Below are positions 1-13,490 of a stretch of DNA of 64,000 nucleotides, in pieces. The first letter of the stretch is position 1. Every line of letters begins with the position of its first letter. The position numbers and the translations under genes were made by a program. The notes below the pieces were generated by a model. It was not told the DNA's origin. It ran no database searches and saw nothing but the letters and a program-made list of their open reading frames with translations. This DNA is from Anaeramoeba ignava BMAN (Eukaryota > Protista > Anaeramoebae), in assembly GCA_028826165.1 (NCBI GenBank), contig JAPDFW010000107.1, positions 144,496 through 208,495 on the forward strand, read 5' to 3'.

Positions 1-2
1 AT

Positions 3-2342
3 TTGCAAAAAGAAAAAGAAACACTAAATGAAAAAATAAATGAATTAAATTCAAATTATTCAAATCTACAAGAAGAAAAAGAAACACTAAACGAAAAATT
101 AAATCAATTAAATTCCCAGATAAAAGATGAAAAAGAAACATCAAATCAACAAGTAAACGAGCTAAATTCAAATTATTCAGATTTACAAAAAGAAAATGAA
201 GCATTAAATCAAAAAATAAATGAATTAAATTCCAATTATTCAATTTTGCAAAAAGAAAATGAAAAACTAAATGAATTAAATTCAAATCATTCCAGCTTAA
301 AAAATGAAAAAGAAACATTAAATGAAAAATTAAATGAATTAAATTCAAATTATTTAAGTTTACAAGATGAAAAAAAAGAAATTGAAACTAAAATTTCAAC
401 CAAAAAACAAAAAATATCCAATTTAAAAAAGGAAAAAGAAGAATTACACAGAATAAAACAAGAGGAAATTCTTAGGGCTGATTCCTTGAAAAATAGTTTA
501 ACCCAACTCCAAAATACACATGAAAATACAAATAAAATTATTGAAGAACAAAAAAAGGAAATTGAAAATTTGAAAAAGAAAAAAAAAGAACTTAATAAAG
601 ATATTAAAGATTTAAAAGAAAAACATAAAAAAGAAATTGAAGAATCTAAAAAGAAAAATTTAGAAACTGTTAATCAACATAAAGAGGAAAATGAAAAATT
701 AAATGAAAAATTAAATGAATCAAATTCACATTTACAAAAAGAAAACGAAAAATTAAATGAAAAATTAAATGAATTAAATTCAAATTTACAAAAAGAAAAA
801 GAAAAACTAAATGAATTAAATTCACATTTACAAAAAGAAAACGAAAAATTAAATGAAAAAATAAATGAATTAAATTCAAATTTACAAAAAGAAAAAGAAA
901 AACTAAATGAAATAAATGAATTAAATTCAAATTTACAAAAAGAAAATGAAACACTAAATGAAAAAATAACTCAATTAAATTCAAATTATTCAAACTTACA
1001 AAAACAAAATGAAAAACTAAATGAATTAAATTCAAATCTACAAAAAGAAAAAGAAATATTAAATGAAAAATCCAAAATTGAAATATCAAAACAAGAAAAG
1101 AAAATCGAGGAGAATAAAGAAAATTTAAACTCAAACCTTAAAGAACAAGAAAAAACAAAAGAATCAGAACAAATCGAAAATACTCCAATTACAAATCAAG
1201 AACTCAAAGCAAAGGAAGATAATGAAAACAAAGAAAATAAAACGATGATATCTATGGATGAGAAAGAAATCATGAGGTTATTGCGTCAAAACATAAAAGC
1301 CTTGTTAAATAATTATTTGGAAGAACCTAAAGTTGTTATTAGTTCAAATGTGTTCTTTAAAATTGATAGTGATTCAAACGAAGCCCTGAATCTCATCAAG
1401 ATTCTTTCTTCAATTTTCTTCAACAATCTGGAGAGGAATTCTGAAAATAAAACAGAAACAATTTGCGATGCTTTAAAAAGCACAAATACAAAATTAATTT
1501 CAAACATAATCACACTTGTTGAGAGACAGTACATCAAACCACAAGAAACCGAAAAGGAAGTGAAAACAATTACAATTTCCATTTTGACAGCATTGAATCA
1601 ATCAAAGCTTCCCGAATTATTCACGGAAATTGCAGGCTCAATTCCAATTTTATCGAAAGTATATAATTCTAACGCAATCATTCTGAATCAAGATTTCTTG
1701 AAGCGTTTGATCCATAAACTGTCAAAATTGAAGGCATGTTTTTTCTCACAGAAAATCCATTTGGAAACAATTGTTCAATCATTTATTGAGACAATTCCCG
1801 AACCACCAGCATTAAAACCATCTTCTTTGGTTTTACTTCAGTTAACAGTCAAGCAAATAACAAAGCATTTTTCAACTTATTCAGAAAATGCATTTGGAGA
1901 TGAATCCAAAGATCCGGTTCTTGCCGATCTTATCCAGCAAAACTTGTTTACAAATATCATGGACATCCTGAAAATTGGATTTAAAACAAAAGCAAAATTC
2001 AGTCAAAAACATATTTGGAATATTTTCGAAACTCTTTCCAAATCAAAAAGTAAAGATCCTGTTTTCCAAAAAATTGATGGTTTGGTTAAATCACTTAATA
2101 AACAATCCAAAATTAGTAAGGAGCATGATTTGAAAACAAAAGGCTTTATTCGAGCTTGTTTGAAACATAAAATATTGCATCTTGTTTTTCATTTTCTTTC
2201 TGAAAATTTGGGTTCATGTTCAAAATTGATTGAATCTTATGAATTTCAATTTTATCAAACAAGAATTTCTCAAATGATTGAAGAATTAAAACCTTTATCA
2301 AATTATACTTTTAAAACTCGTTGGGATTTTGGTCTTTATTAA
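3..2342 (+). CDS. 5'-truncated coiled-coil protein with C-terminal RUN-like domain(s)
   Basis: 779-aa ORF open at the window edge. N-terminal heptad-like repeats (LNELNSNLQKEKE). C-terminal segments 'ILKIGFK...HIWNIFETL...KTKGFIRACLKHKILHLVFHFL' resemble RUN-domain blocks. Stop TAA at 2340-2342. Confidence 0.7.
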   Translation: MQKEKETLNEKINELNSNYSNLQEEKETLNEKLNQLNSQIKDEKETSNQQVNELNSNYSDLQKENEALNQKINELNSNYSILQKENEKLNELNSNHSSLKNEKETLNEKLNELNSNYLSLQDEKKEIETKISTKKQKISNLKKEKEELHRIKQEEILRADSLKNSLTQLQNTHENTNKIIEEQKKEIENLKKKKKELNKDIKDLKEKHKKEIEESKKKNLETVNQHKEENEKLNEKLNESNSHLQKENEKLNEKLNELNSNLQKEKEKLNELNSHLQKENEKLNEKINELNSNLQKEKEKLNEINELNSNLQKENETLNEKITQLNSNYSNLQKQNEKLNELNSNLQKEKEILNEKSKIEISKQEKKIEENKENLNSNLKEQEKTKESEQIENTPITNQELKAKEDNENKENKTMISMDEKEIMRLLRQNIKALLNNYLEEPKVVISSNVFFKIDSDSNEALNLIKILSSIFFNNLERNSENKTETICDALKSTNTKLISNIITLVERQYIKPQETEKEVKTITISILTALNQSKLPELFTEIAGSIPILSKVYNSNAIILNQDFLKRLIHKLSKLKACFFSQKIHLETIVQSFIETIPEPPALKPSSLVLLQLTVKQITKHFSTYSENAFGDESKDPVLADLIQQNLFTNIMDILKIGFKTKAKFSQKHIWNIFETLSKSKSKDPVFQKIDGLVKSLNKQSKISKEHDLKTKGFIRACLKHKILHLVFHFLSENLGSCSKLIESYEFQFYQTRISQMIEELKPLSNYTFKTRWDFGLY

Positions 2343-2424
2343 AGAAAAAATAAGAAGAAATTTAATTGAAATTTTTTTTTTTTTTTTTTGAAAGAAAAAT
2401 AATTAAAAGAGAAAAAAAGAGATC

Positions 2425-2650
2425 TTTCCTTTTTAATATTTCCTTTTAATCTTTCTTTTTAATCTTTCCTTTTAATCTTTCTTTTTAATCTTTCCTTTTA
2501 ATCTTTCTTTTTAATCTTTCCTTTTTAATATTTCCTTTTTAATATTTCCTTTTAATCTTTCTTTTTAATCTTTCTTTTTAATCTTTCCTTTTAATCTTTC
2601 TTTTTAATCTTTCCTTTTAATCTTTCTTTTTAATCTTTCTTTTTAATCTT
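2425..2650. repeat. ~14-bp tandem repeat (TTTAATCTTTCYTT)n between two convergent genes
   Basis: About 15 near-identical units directly visible. Confidence 0.85.
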
Positions 2651-4448
2651 TCTTTGTTATTTTTTGAGAGAGTGATTGAATTGTTTGAAGTTTATGAACA
2701 TCAAAAACAACTTCTTCAATTTTCTTTAAATCAAATTTCAAAGAGTTAATTTTCTTTCCAAAAACATCATTATTAGTGTTTAGTAATTTAAATCTTGAAT
2801 AAATTTCAGAAACAACTAAAGAAATTTTCCAAGGCATTTCATAATTTCCAGCAGTAACAGAATTAACACATAATCTTGCCTTTAAAACCATTTTTTTTTA
2901 AAATAATTTTTTTAATTTCAATTTTAATTTCAATTTTAATTTCAATTTTAATTTCAATTTTAATTTTAATTTTAATTTTAATTTTAATTTTAATTTTAAT
3001 TTTAATTTCAAATTGAATTTCAATTTTAATTTTAATTTTAATTTTAATTTTAATTTTAATTTCAATTTCAATTTTAATTTCAAAATGAATTTTAATTTTA
3101 ATTTTAATTTTAATTTCAATTTTAATTTTAATTTCAATTTCAATTTTAATTTCAATTTCAATTTTAATTTTAATTTTAATTTTAATTTTAATTTTAATTT
3201 TAATTTTAATTTCAAAAATGAATTTCAAATAATTTTAATTTTAATTTCAATTTTAATTTCAATTTGAATTTTAATTTTAATTTCAAAATTTCAATTTCAA
3301 TTTCAATTTTAATTTTAATTTCAATTTTAATTTTAATTTTAATTTTAATTTTTAATTTTAAATTTAATTTTAATTTTAATTTCAATTTTAATTTTAAATG
3401 AATTTTAATTTCAATTTTAATTTCAATTTTAATTTTAATTTTAATTTTAATTTTAATTTCAATTTTAATTTTAATTTTAATTTTAATTTTAATTTCAAAA
3501 TAAATTTCAAAATGAATTTTAATTTTAATTTTAATTTCAATTTTAATTTTAATTTCAATTTTAATTTTAATTTCAATTTTAATTTCAATTTTAATTTCAA
3601 TTTTAATTTCAATTTTAATTTCAATTTTAATTTTAATTTCAATTTTAATTTTAATTAAATTTTAAAATTTTAATTTCAAAATTAATTTTAATTTCAATTT
3701 TAATTTCAATTTTAATTTTAATTTCAATTTCAAAATGAATTTTAATTTTAATTTTAATTTTAATTTTAATTTTAATTTTAAAATGAATTTTAATTTCAAT
3801 TTTAATTTTAATTTTAATTTCAATTTTAATTTCAAAATGAATTTCAAAATGAATTTTAAATTAATTTAATTTTTACAAGTTCACTGCAAAATTTAAAAAG
3901 TGAAAGTAAATAAATATGAACATCAATTCCAAGATCATTTTCTTTTTCTGGTATTTCTAATCCTAAAATATCAGCAATTTCTGAAAAAAGATAAACTCGT
4001 TCATTTTCAATCCAACCAAGAAATAAAATGTTAAAAAATGTAGAAGAACAAGTAAATTTCCAAGAATCATAAAATTTATGATGATATTCTTTGGGAATTG
4101 TTTCAAAAAGTGATTTATAATGTTGTTTTAATTCAGGAATAAATTCTTTTGATTTTTGAACAATTTCATTTTCTTTTATTTTTATTTTTATTTTTATTTT
4201 TATTTTTATTTTTATTTTTATTTTTATTTTTATTTTTAAAAAATTTTTTTTTTAATTTTTTTTTAATAAAGAAATTTAAATAATAATAATAATAATTTAC
4301 TATCATGATTTTTAAAATGTGCTTTTGAAAGTATAATTTGAAATGATTTGTTAATTTTTTCAATATTTTCTATAATTTTATGAATTTCTTCTTTTTGATT
4401 TGAGTTTTTAATTTGAATTTGTTCAAATTTTTTAAAAATTTCATCCAT
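2643..4448 (-). CDS. TSN: Translin, 3 exons: 4448-4301, 4172-3877, 2879-2643
   Basis: GT-AG splicing gives MDEIFKKFEQ...KEEIHKII...YHHKFYDSWKF...EIADILGLE...IYLLSLFKFCSEL|ARLCVNSVTAGNYEMPWKISLVVSEIYSRFKLLN...LKFDLKKIEEVVFDV. This matches translin motifs (SELSRLSVNSVTAGDY; LKYDVKKVEEVVYD). Exon phases are compatible. Confidence 0.93.
2905..3870. repeat. (TTTTAA/TTTCAA)n hexamer array filling translin intron 2
   Basis: Continuous hexamer repeat; it is the source of the spurious KIKI/LKLK/NFNF ORFs. Confidence 0.95.
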
Positions 4449-4550
4449 TTTTTTGAATTAATTAATTTTTATTCTTTTAAAAATGAAAAAATGAAAAATG
4501 AAAAATGAAAAAATGAAAAATAATTTTTTTTTCTTTTGATTTTTTTTGGT

Positions 4551-7184
4551 TCATTTTCGATGAGTTTGTTCGCAAATATGATTATATCTTTGGCAATGAG
4601 AAAGTTTATGAGTTTGAGTTCTACAATTTCTTCCATACCAACAATTATCTCTTTTAGGGAATTGATCATCAATTTTAACTCTATATCCATAAAGTAATTC
4701 ATTTAGAAAAGGAATAAAACAATTTTTGCAAATTAAAGAATTAGAACGAAAAGCATGAAATTTTGGCATTTCAACTAATAAAAATAAATTTAAAATTAAA
4801 TTTTAAAATCAAATTAAATTTGTTTTGAATATTTAAATCATTTTACTTGCTGTGTATTCTGATTTATCTAATTTTTCTAACATTGTTTTATATAATTGAG
4901 TAAAATCAATTGAATTTTTAGTTAAATAATCTTCAAATAGGAATTTTTCATGAGGATTTGAGTTAAAACTTGTTTGAGGAATTTCTTTCATTTCAAAATC
5001 GGAAATTTTTTTCAAAAATCCTTTTCCTATAAAATTTAAATAAATTTATAAATAAATTTTTAAATAAATTTATAAATAAATTTTGAAATAAATATAAATA
5101 TAAATATAAATATAAATATAAATATAAATATAAATATAAATATAAATATAAATATAAATATAAATATAAATATAAATATAAATATAAATATAAATATAAA
5201 TATAAATATAAATCTAAATCAAATAAAAAAAATAAATATAAATATAAATATATAAATATAAATATAAATATAAATATAAATATAAATATAAATATAAATA
5301 TAAATATAAATATAAATATAAATATAAATATAAATATAAATATAAATATAAATATAAATATAAATATAAATATAAATATAAATATAAATATAAATATAAA
5401 ATATAAATATAAATATAAATATAAAATAAATATAAAATATAAAAATAAATATAAAATCTAAAAAATAAATATAAATCTAAATATAAATATAAAATATAAA
5501 TATAAAATAAATATAAATCTAAATATAAATATAAATATAAATATAAATATAAATCTAAATATAAATATAAATATAAATATAATTATAAATATAATTATAA
5601 ATATAAATATAAATCTAAATATAAATATAAATATAATTATAAATATAAATATAAATATAAATATAAATATAAATCTAAATCTAAATATAAATATAAATAT
5701 AAATCTAAATCTAAATATAAATATCAATATAAATATAAATATAAATATAAAAATAAATCTAAATATAAATATAAAAATAAATCTAAATAACCTGCTAAAG
5801 CACTACATCCCCAATATCCATCACAAAAATACTTCCGACAATTTTCACATTGAATTGAAAAATTTTGATCAGGTCTTTTTGGAAAAGGATTATAGCAAAT
5901 AGAACACACATAATGATTAGGATTTTTTGGATCACATTGAAATCCATCTTGAGCACGAGGAACTCTACATTCTCTGCACACATCATAATCTTCAGAAGAC
6001 TCTGATTCTGAATCTGAACTATCGGATAATTCGGAAGTTGAAGATGAAGAAAATACATTGTTTCTTCTCCTAAAAGGTCTTGATTGACGAGAAAATGCAG
6101 AATTTGTAAATGAGGGTGTTTTTTGAGTTGATTTTTTCATTTCTTCATCTTTTTTCTTTTGTTGTTGAAGTTTGATTGTATCATCCATAATTTTGTTCAA
6201 TTCATCCAATTCCTTTAAATCTTTAGCATCTCTTCTCTTTTCAGGATGTTTTGTCAAGAAATCATCAACAATACTATTGATTGAATGGTTTCGTTGTATT
6301 TCAGAAACAGCAACTCTGCATGACGGACAAAGGTTACTTCGAAGCATCCATTGTGAATAACAAGCTCCACAAAAATTGTGCATGCAAGGAATCAAAGTAA
6401 CGCATTTATAAATCAAGTCTCGACAAATTGGACAGATGATATTTTCCATAATTACTTCATCCATTTGGATTGATTTTTGTTTTTCTATTGATTGTGGTTT
6501 TTGGTTAGTATTTTGCAAATGATTTTCTTCTTGAGAATTTGATTTTGCTTCTCTCATTCTTTTCATAGAAAATTCATCATTTTCTTGGTTTTCCAAAAAA
6601 GTATTTAAATTAGTTTTTCTTGATACGCGTTGATTTGAATTTTGATTTTCATTCATTTTTTGATTTTGATTTTCATTCATTTTTTCATTTTGATTTTCAT
6701 TCATTTTTTGATTTTCATTTTCATTCATTTTTTGATTTTCATTTTCATTCATTTTTTCATTTTCATTTTCATTCATTTTTTGATTTTGATTTGAACGAAA
6801 TATATAAGTAATTGAATCGCTATTTTCTTCAGTTGGTGAACTTAATTCTGCAAAAGTAATCTCATCTCCATTCTGTATTCTTGCTGGAATACTTATTGGT
6901 ACTTTTTTCTTGTTAACAAATACTCCATTTCTTGAAACATCAATAATGTAAATTGAACCTTGTTGATCATTCATTATTTTGCAATGCGTTGAACTTATTT
7001 TACTGTTGTTAATTTGATATTTTTTTTCTTTGCTTTCTCTTCCAATCAAAATGACATCTTCTGTTAGACTGATATGTGGATATTTTGAATTTAAACTCAT
7101 TAAAATACCCCATTCATTTGAATTAGTTTTTTCCGAATTCTCATTTTTATGTTGAACTTCCAAAGTATTTGTTCTTTTTAACAT
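4551..7184 (-). CDS. CHFR: CHFR-like E3 ubiquitin ligase (FHA + RING + Cys-rich + PBZ); exons 7184-5792, 5026-4847, 4774-4551
   Basis: FHA motifs (IGR...ISSTHC...DVSRNG). C3HC4 RING CPICRDLIYKCVTLIPCMHNFCGACYSQW...CPSCR. Cys-rich region. C-terminal RDNCWYGRNCRTQTHKLSHCQRYNHICEQT matches the CHFR PBZ motif. GT-AG introns are in phase. Confidence 0.93.
5090..5785. repeat. (TAAATA)n hexamer array in CHFR intron 1
   Basis: Directly visible. Confidence 0.95.
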
Positions 7185-7297
7185 TTTTTTTTTCTTTTTC
7201 TTTTATATTTTCTTTTATTAAAAAATTTTATAATAATAATAATAAAAAAAAAACAAATGAAAAATGAAATTTTTTTATAACAAAAAAAAAATTTTTT

Positions 7298-10200
7298 TTA
7301 TAATAATTTCTTTTCTTTTTTTGATTTTGATTTTGATTTTGATTTTGATTTTGATTTTGATTTTGATTTATGTTTTTTTGATTTGTTTTCTTTATTTTCT
7401 TTTTTGCGTTTTTCTTTCTTTCCTCTTTTTCTTCTTCCAATTCCTTCAATTTCAAAAAATGAAATGAATTTATTTGTAAATAAATATCTATTTTGAGAAA
7501 GTGGAAGTCGATATATTTTTATAAAAAAAATTGAACGATCAACCAAAGAAGGAAAAAGTATTTTTTGATAATAAAGAGATCTAAGTTGTGTTTTTTTGAG
7601 TTTTTGCGATAAAACTTGAATTTGTTGATGAGATATTGAAGATTTTTTTAAAGATTTTTCAAATAGAAATTGAAAAATTTGATTTTGATTTTGATTTTGA
7701 TTTTGATTTTGATTCTTAATTTTTAGTTCTTTAATTGAATGAATATAGTTTTTGTGATTGAAAGTAAATAAATGATTAAATAAAGAAATGCATTTTTTTT
7801 GGTAATATTTTGAAGAACCAGCCAAATAAGAAAAACTAAATGCTGGTTGTTTAAGCATATTTTGCTGTTTAATTTCATCTAAAAAAATGGTTGTTTTCCA
7901 AAAATCTATTTCAGATGGAGAAACTTTTTTTTCCCAATCACATTTTTGAAGAAAAATTCTTTGTTGATTTTCAAAAATAAAATTTTGGATCAGAGTTTCA
8001 AATAAAGAAGGAGAAGGGAAATGTATTTAGATTTTTGCTTAAATTTCGATCTTCAAATAGTGATAAAAACGATATTTCTCTTCCAATAAAGGAATCTTCA
8101 AGAAGAATCAATAAATCCAGAGAAATCGATGTTACTAAATTACTGATTTCATCAACAAGTCTTTTTGTTTCTTTTTCTTCCTCCTCAAATTTGCAAAGTA
8201 TTCCCAGCATTCGTTGTGTAATGCGATAAAAAAACCCAGAAAACAAACAGATATAATTGATATGACCCTTTGTTTTATATTGAATATTTTTTGGAGGATC
8301 AATAGAAAATATTGGGTAATTTTCAGTAACAATTTTTTCAGTAACATCATCTACATTTTCGTCTGTGAAATTATTCTGTAAAATATCTGTCTTGACAAAT
8401 CTAGATAATTGACGAACAATTTTCTGCAACGAACGAAAACTTCCCGATGCTAATTCAAGAAAATCAAACTCTGTCAGGTTCTCAATTAGCAAATTAAACA
8501 CAAGATCCCAGAAAGAATGCTGTCTGCCTTTCTTGAGTCGTAATTGCGCCTCTGATTTCGTGTTGATTTTTTGGTTCACTTGATTAAGAATGTCCAGAAT
8601 AAATCCATTCGATGACTCTAAAAAGATCCCCATTCTTTGTGTTATTGCGTTGAATAGATTGAATTGCGGGATGTGGAATGAGACAGAATTGTCTTGTTCG
8701 TTATTTTGGGGTTGGGAAAACCCTGAAATAAATTCTAGTAACTGCGGGAGCATCTGAAGTGGAAAAAGAGAATTTAATATTTCAGGATTTATAATGTTTG
8801 TAAAAATTCTTTGTGTCTGTAAAAAAGGTAAAGCATTTGGTTCTGTTTCCATTTGATTGCTATGAATATTACTATTACTATTACTATTACTAATGCTATT
8901 ACTAATGCTATTTGCAACGCGATTCCCTGTATTCGGTATATGAATCGGGATAATGTTTGGAGTGCTATTTCGTATAATAAGTGGAATGATATTTTCGCTA
9001 TTATTCGACATATTGAAAATTCTCAAACTGCCTTGTGGTTGCGATTGACCTGCAAATCGATGCATTGGAAAGATCAAATGTTGATAATTTGGGAGTAAAT
9101 TAAAATGACTCGTTAAATTTTGTATTTGTTGGTTATTTTGAGGATTTTCATTTTGAATATTTGATTCTAAATCATTTTCTTGTTCAGGAAGAAATGAAAG
9201 TATGGAAAAATGTCTGGAAATATGGAAAAACAGTACGCTGAGATGTTTTAACGGGTTTGCATATTGATGAATAACATTGATTTGAGGAATTAATGAATCT
9301 CTTGTTTGATTTTCTTGTAAAATGTTTTTTGTTGATTGAATAACTTCAAAAAAAATTGAAAGATTTTGAGAAACTTGATTTAGTATTTGTGAAAATCTTA
9401 TCAATTCATTTGATCCGTTTATTGATTGAGAAAATATTGGTTCAGATTCAATATCAGCATTTTCATTTCTTTGAGTTGAAGTTGAATAACGATGTTGAAA
9501 TATTTGTAAAATTGTTTCTGTTTTAGATAAGCCTGATGAAAAATCCGATAATAATTGCTGAGAAGGAAAAATTGTTTCATTTGCATTTTTATTTTTAATT
9601 TCCAAAATGATTCGTGAATGATTTTTTAATCCTGTTTATAATTTAATATTTAATTTAATTTTTATATTTAATTTAATTTAATTTTTTTACCTAAATTATT
9701 TAATTTTTGATCATCATTTAAAAGATTTTTTTGGAATTTTAAAATTATTTGATCTTTTGGGATTTTAGTTTTAGATTCAATGCATGTTTTTAATTCAGAT
9801 ATTGTTTTCTAAATATATAAATTTTGATATAAATTTTAATATAAATTTTAATATTAATTTTGATATAAATTTTAATATAAATTTTAATATAAATTTTAAT
9901 ATAAATTTTGATATAAATTTTGATATAAATTTAATTATAAATTTTGATATAAATTTTGATATAAATTTTGATATAAATTTTGATATAAATTTTATTATAA
10001 ATTTAATTATAAATATAATTATAAATTTAATTATAAATTTTGATATAAATTTTGATATAAATTTTGATATAAATTTAATTATAAATTTAATTATAAATTT
10101 AATTATAAATTTAATTTTATAAATTTAATTATAAATTTAATTATAAATTTAATTATAAATATAATTATAAATATAATTATAAATTTAATTATAAATTTTA

Positions 10201-12938
10201 ATATAAATTTAATTATAAATTTAATTATAAATTTAATTATAAATTTAATTATAAAATTTAATTATAAATTTAATTATAAATTTAATTATAAATTTGATTA
10301 TAAATTTAATTATAAATTTAATTATAAATTTAATTATAAATTTGATTATGAATTTGATTATAAATTTTGTTTGAATTTAATTATGAATTTTAATTATAAA
10401 TTTAATTATAAATTTAATTATAAATTTAATTATAAATTTAATTATAAATTTAATTATAAATTTAATTATAAATTTAATTATAAATATAATTATAAATATA
10501 ATTATAAATTTAATTATAAATTTAATTATAAATTTAATTATAAATTTCAATATAAATTTAATTATAAATTTAATTATAAATTTAATTATAAATTTAATTA
10601 TAAATTTAATTATAAATTTAATTATAAATATAATTATAAATTTAATTATAAATTTTAATATAAATTTTTGTGTTGAATTTAATTATAAATTTAATTATAA
10701 ATTTAATTATAAATTTAATTATAAATTTAATTATAAATTTTGATATAAATTTTGATATAAATTTTAATATTAATTTTGATATAAATTTTGATATAAATTT
10801 TAATTATAAATTTAATTATAAATTTTGATATAAATTTTGATATTAATTTTGATATAAATTTTGATATAAATTTTATTATAAATTTAATTATAAATATAAT
10901 TATAAATTTAATTATAAATTTTGATATAAATTTTGATATAAATTTTGATATAAATATAATTATAAATTTAATTATAAATTTTAATATCAATTTTAATATT
11001 AATTTTATTATAAATTTGTTTATAAATTTAATTATAAATTTAATTATAAATTTAATTATAAATTTTAATATCAATTTTAATATTAATTTTATTATAAATT
11101 TAATTATAAATTTAATTATAAATTTAATTATAAATTTAATTATAAATTTAATTATAATTTTAATTATAAATTTTATTATAAATTTAATTATAAATTTAAT
11201 TATAAATTTAATTATAAATTTAATTATAAATTTAATTATAAATTTAATTATAAATTTAATTATAAATTTAATTATAAATTTAATTATAAATTTAATTATA
11301 AATTTAATTATAAATTTAAATATAAATTTAATTATAAATATAATTAAAATATAATTATAAATTTAATTATAAATATAATTATAAATATAATTATAAATTT
11401 AATTATAAATTTAATTATAAATATAATTATAAATTTAATTATAAATTTGATTATAAATTTAATTATAAATTTAATTATAAATTTAATTATAAATTTAATT
11501 ATAAATTTAATTATAAATTTAATTATAAATATAATTATAAATTTAATTATAAATTTTAATTATAAATTTAATTATAAATTTAATTATAAAATTTAATTAT
11601 AAATTTAATTATAAATTTAATTATAAATATAATTATAAATTTAATTATAAATTTAATTATAAATTTAATTATGAATTTAATTATAAATTTAATTATAAAT
11701 TTGATTATGAATTTAATTATAAATATAATTATAAATTTAATTATAAATTTAATTATAAATTTAATTATAAATTTGATTATAAATTTAATTATAAATATAA
11801 TTATAAATTTTATTATAAATTTAATTATAAATTTAATTATAAATTTAATTATAAATATAATTATAAATTTAATTATAAATTTAATTATAAATTTAATTAT
11901 AAATTTAATTATAAATTTAATTATAAATTTAATTATAAATTTGATTATAAATTTAATTATAAATTTAATTATAAATTTAATTATAAATTTGATTATAAAT
12001 TTGATTATAAATTTAATTATAAATATGATTATAAATTTAATTATAAATTTGATTATAAATTTGATTATAAATTTGATTATAAATTTGATTTTATAAATTT
12101 AATTATAAATTTGATTATAAATTTAATTATAAATTTAATTATAAATTTAATTATAAATTTAATTATAAATATAATTATAAATTTAATTATAAATATAATT
12201 ATAAATTTAATTATAAATTTTGATATAAATTTTGATATAAATTTTGATATAAATTTAATTATAAATTTAATTATAAATTTGATTATAAATTTAATTATAA
12301 ATTTGATTATAAATTTAATTATAAATTTGATTATAAATTTAATTATAAATTTAATTATAAATTTAATTATAAATTTAATTATAAAATTTAATTATAAATA
12401 TAATTATAAATTTAATTATAAATTTAATTATCAATTTAATTATAAATTTAATTATAAATTTAATTATAAATTTAATTATAAATTTAATTATAAATTTAAT
12501 TATAAATTTAATTATAAATTTAGTTATAAATTTGATTATAAATTTAATTATAAATTTAATTATAAATTTAATTATAAATTTAATTATAAATTTAATTATA
12601 AATTTAGTTATAAATTTAATTATAAATTTGATTATAAATATAATTATAAATTTAATTATAAATTTAATTATGAATTTAATTATAAATTTTGTGTTGAATT
12701 TGATTATAAATTTTGTGTTGAATTTAATTATAAATTGATTATAAATTTAATTATGAATTTGATTATAAATTTAATTATAAATTTAATTATAAATTTAATT
12801 ATAAATTTTAATATAAATTTTGTGTTGAATTTAATTATAAATTTAATTATAAATTTTCTTGTAATGTACAGAAGAAGAAATTTTAATTGAAATCGGATTA
12901 TTTTGATTTTTTAATTCAATTAAAAGAAGAATTTTCAT
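7298..12938 (-). CDS. BAG6: BAG6/BAT3-like protein with N-terminal ubiquitin-like domain; exons 12938-12870, 9808-9691, 9631-7298; apparent +1 frameshift at ~8001-8026
   Basis: Spliced N-terminus MKILLLIELKNQNNPISIKISSS|KTISELKTCIESKTKIPKDQIILKFQKNLLNDDQKLNNLG|LKNHSRIILEI is UBL-like. FWDLVFNLLIENLTEFDFLELASGSFRSLQKIVRQL and WKTTIFLDEIKQQNMLKQPAFSFSYLAG resemble conserved BAG6 blocks. Confidence 0.75.
9815..12855. repeat. ~3-kb 12-bp minisatellite (ATAAATTTAATT)n with variants, filling intron 1 of the BAG6-like gene
   Basis: Continuous 12-mer repeat; it is the source of the INLI/NYKF ORFs. Confidence 0.95.
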
Positions 12939-13490
12939 AAAGAAAAAATGAAAAAAAAATGAAAAAATGAAAAAATTAAAAAGAAGAAAAATTTATTTTT
13001 TTTTAATTTTTTTTTTCTTCATTTTTATTTGGAAAAATTTTTTTGGAATTTTCATTTTTTCTTTTATAAAACTCAATCAATCAATAAAATTAATTAATAA
13101 AATCAATTAAATTTAATTAAAATTAAAATTAAAATTAAATTTCCCTTTTTTTTTTTGTTTTTTGTTTTTTTGTTTTTTGTTTTTAGATCAAATTTAATTT
13201 TTTTTAAATAACAAAAAGGAATAAGAATTTGAATTAAAAAATTAAATAAAAATTAAATAAAAAATAAAAGAGAAAAAACAACGCAACAAAATAAAAATCA
13301 AATCAAAAAAATTTTTTTTTTTTAATTATTTTTATTTAATTAATTAATTTTTTAATTAAAAAGATCAAGAGAAAAAAAATTTTTTTGGATTGTAAAATTA
13401 AAAAAGATATTTTTTTTCTTTCATTTTTCTTTTTCTTTTTTGTTTTTATTTTTCTTTTTTGATTTTTATTTTTGATTTTTATTATTAAAA

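Noticed and set aside
2863-3847. ORFs of KIKI/LKLK/NFNF type
   Set aside because: Translations of the intronic hexamer repeat in translin.
9784-12890. Several INLI/NYKF ORFs up to 259 aa
   Set aside because: Translations of the 12-bp minisatellite in BAG6 intron 1.
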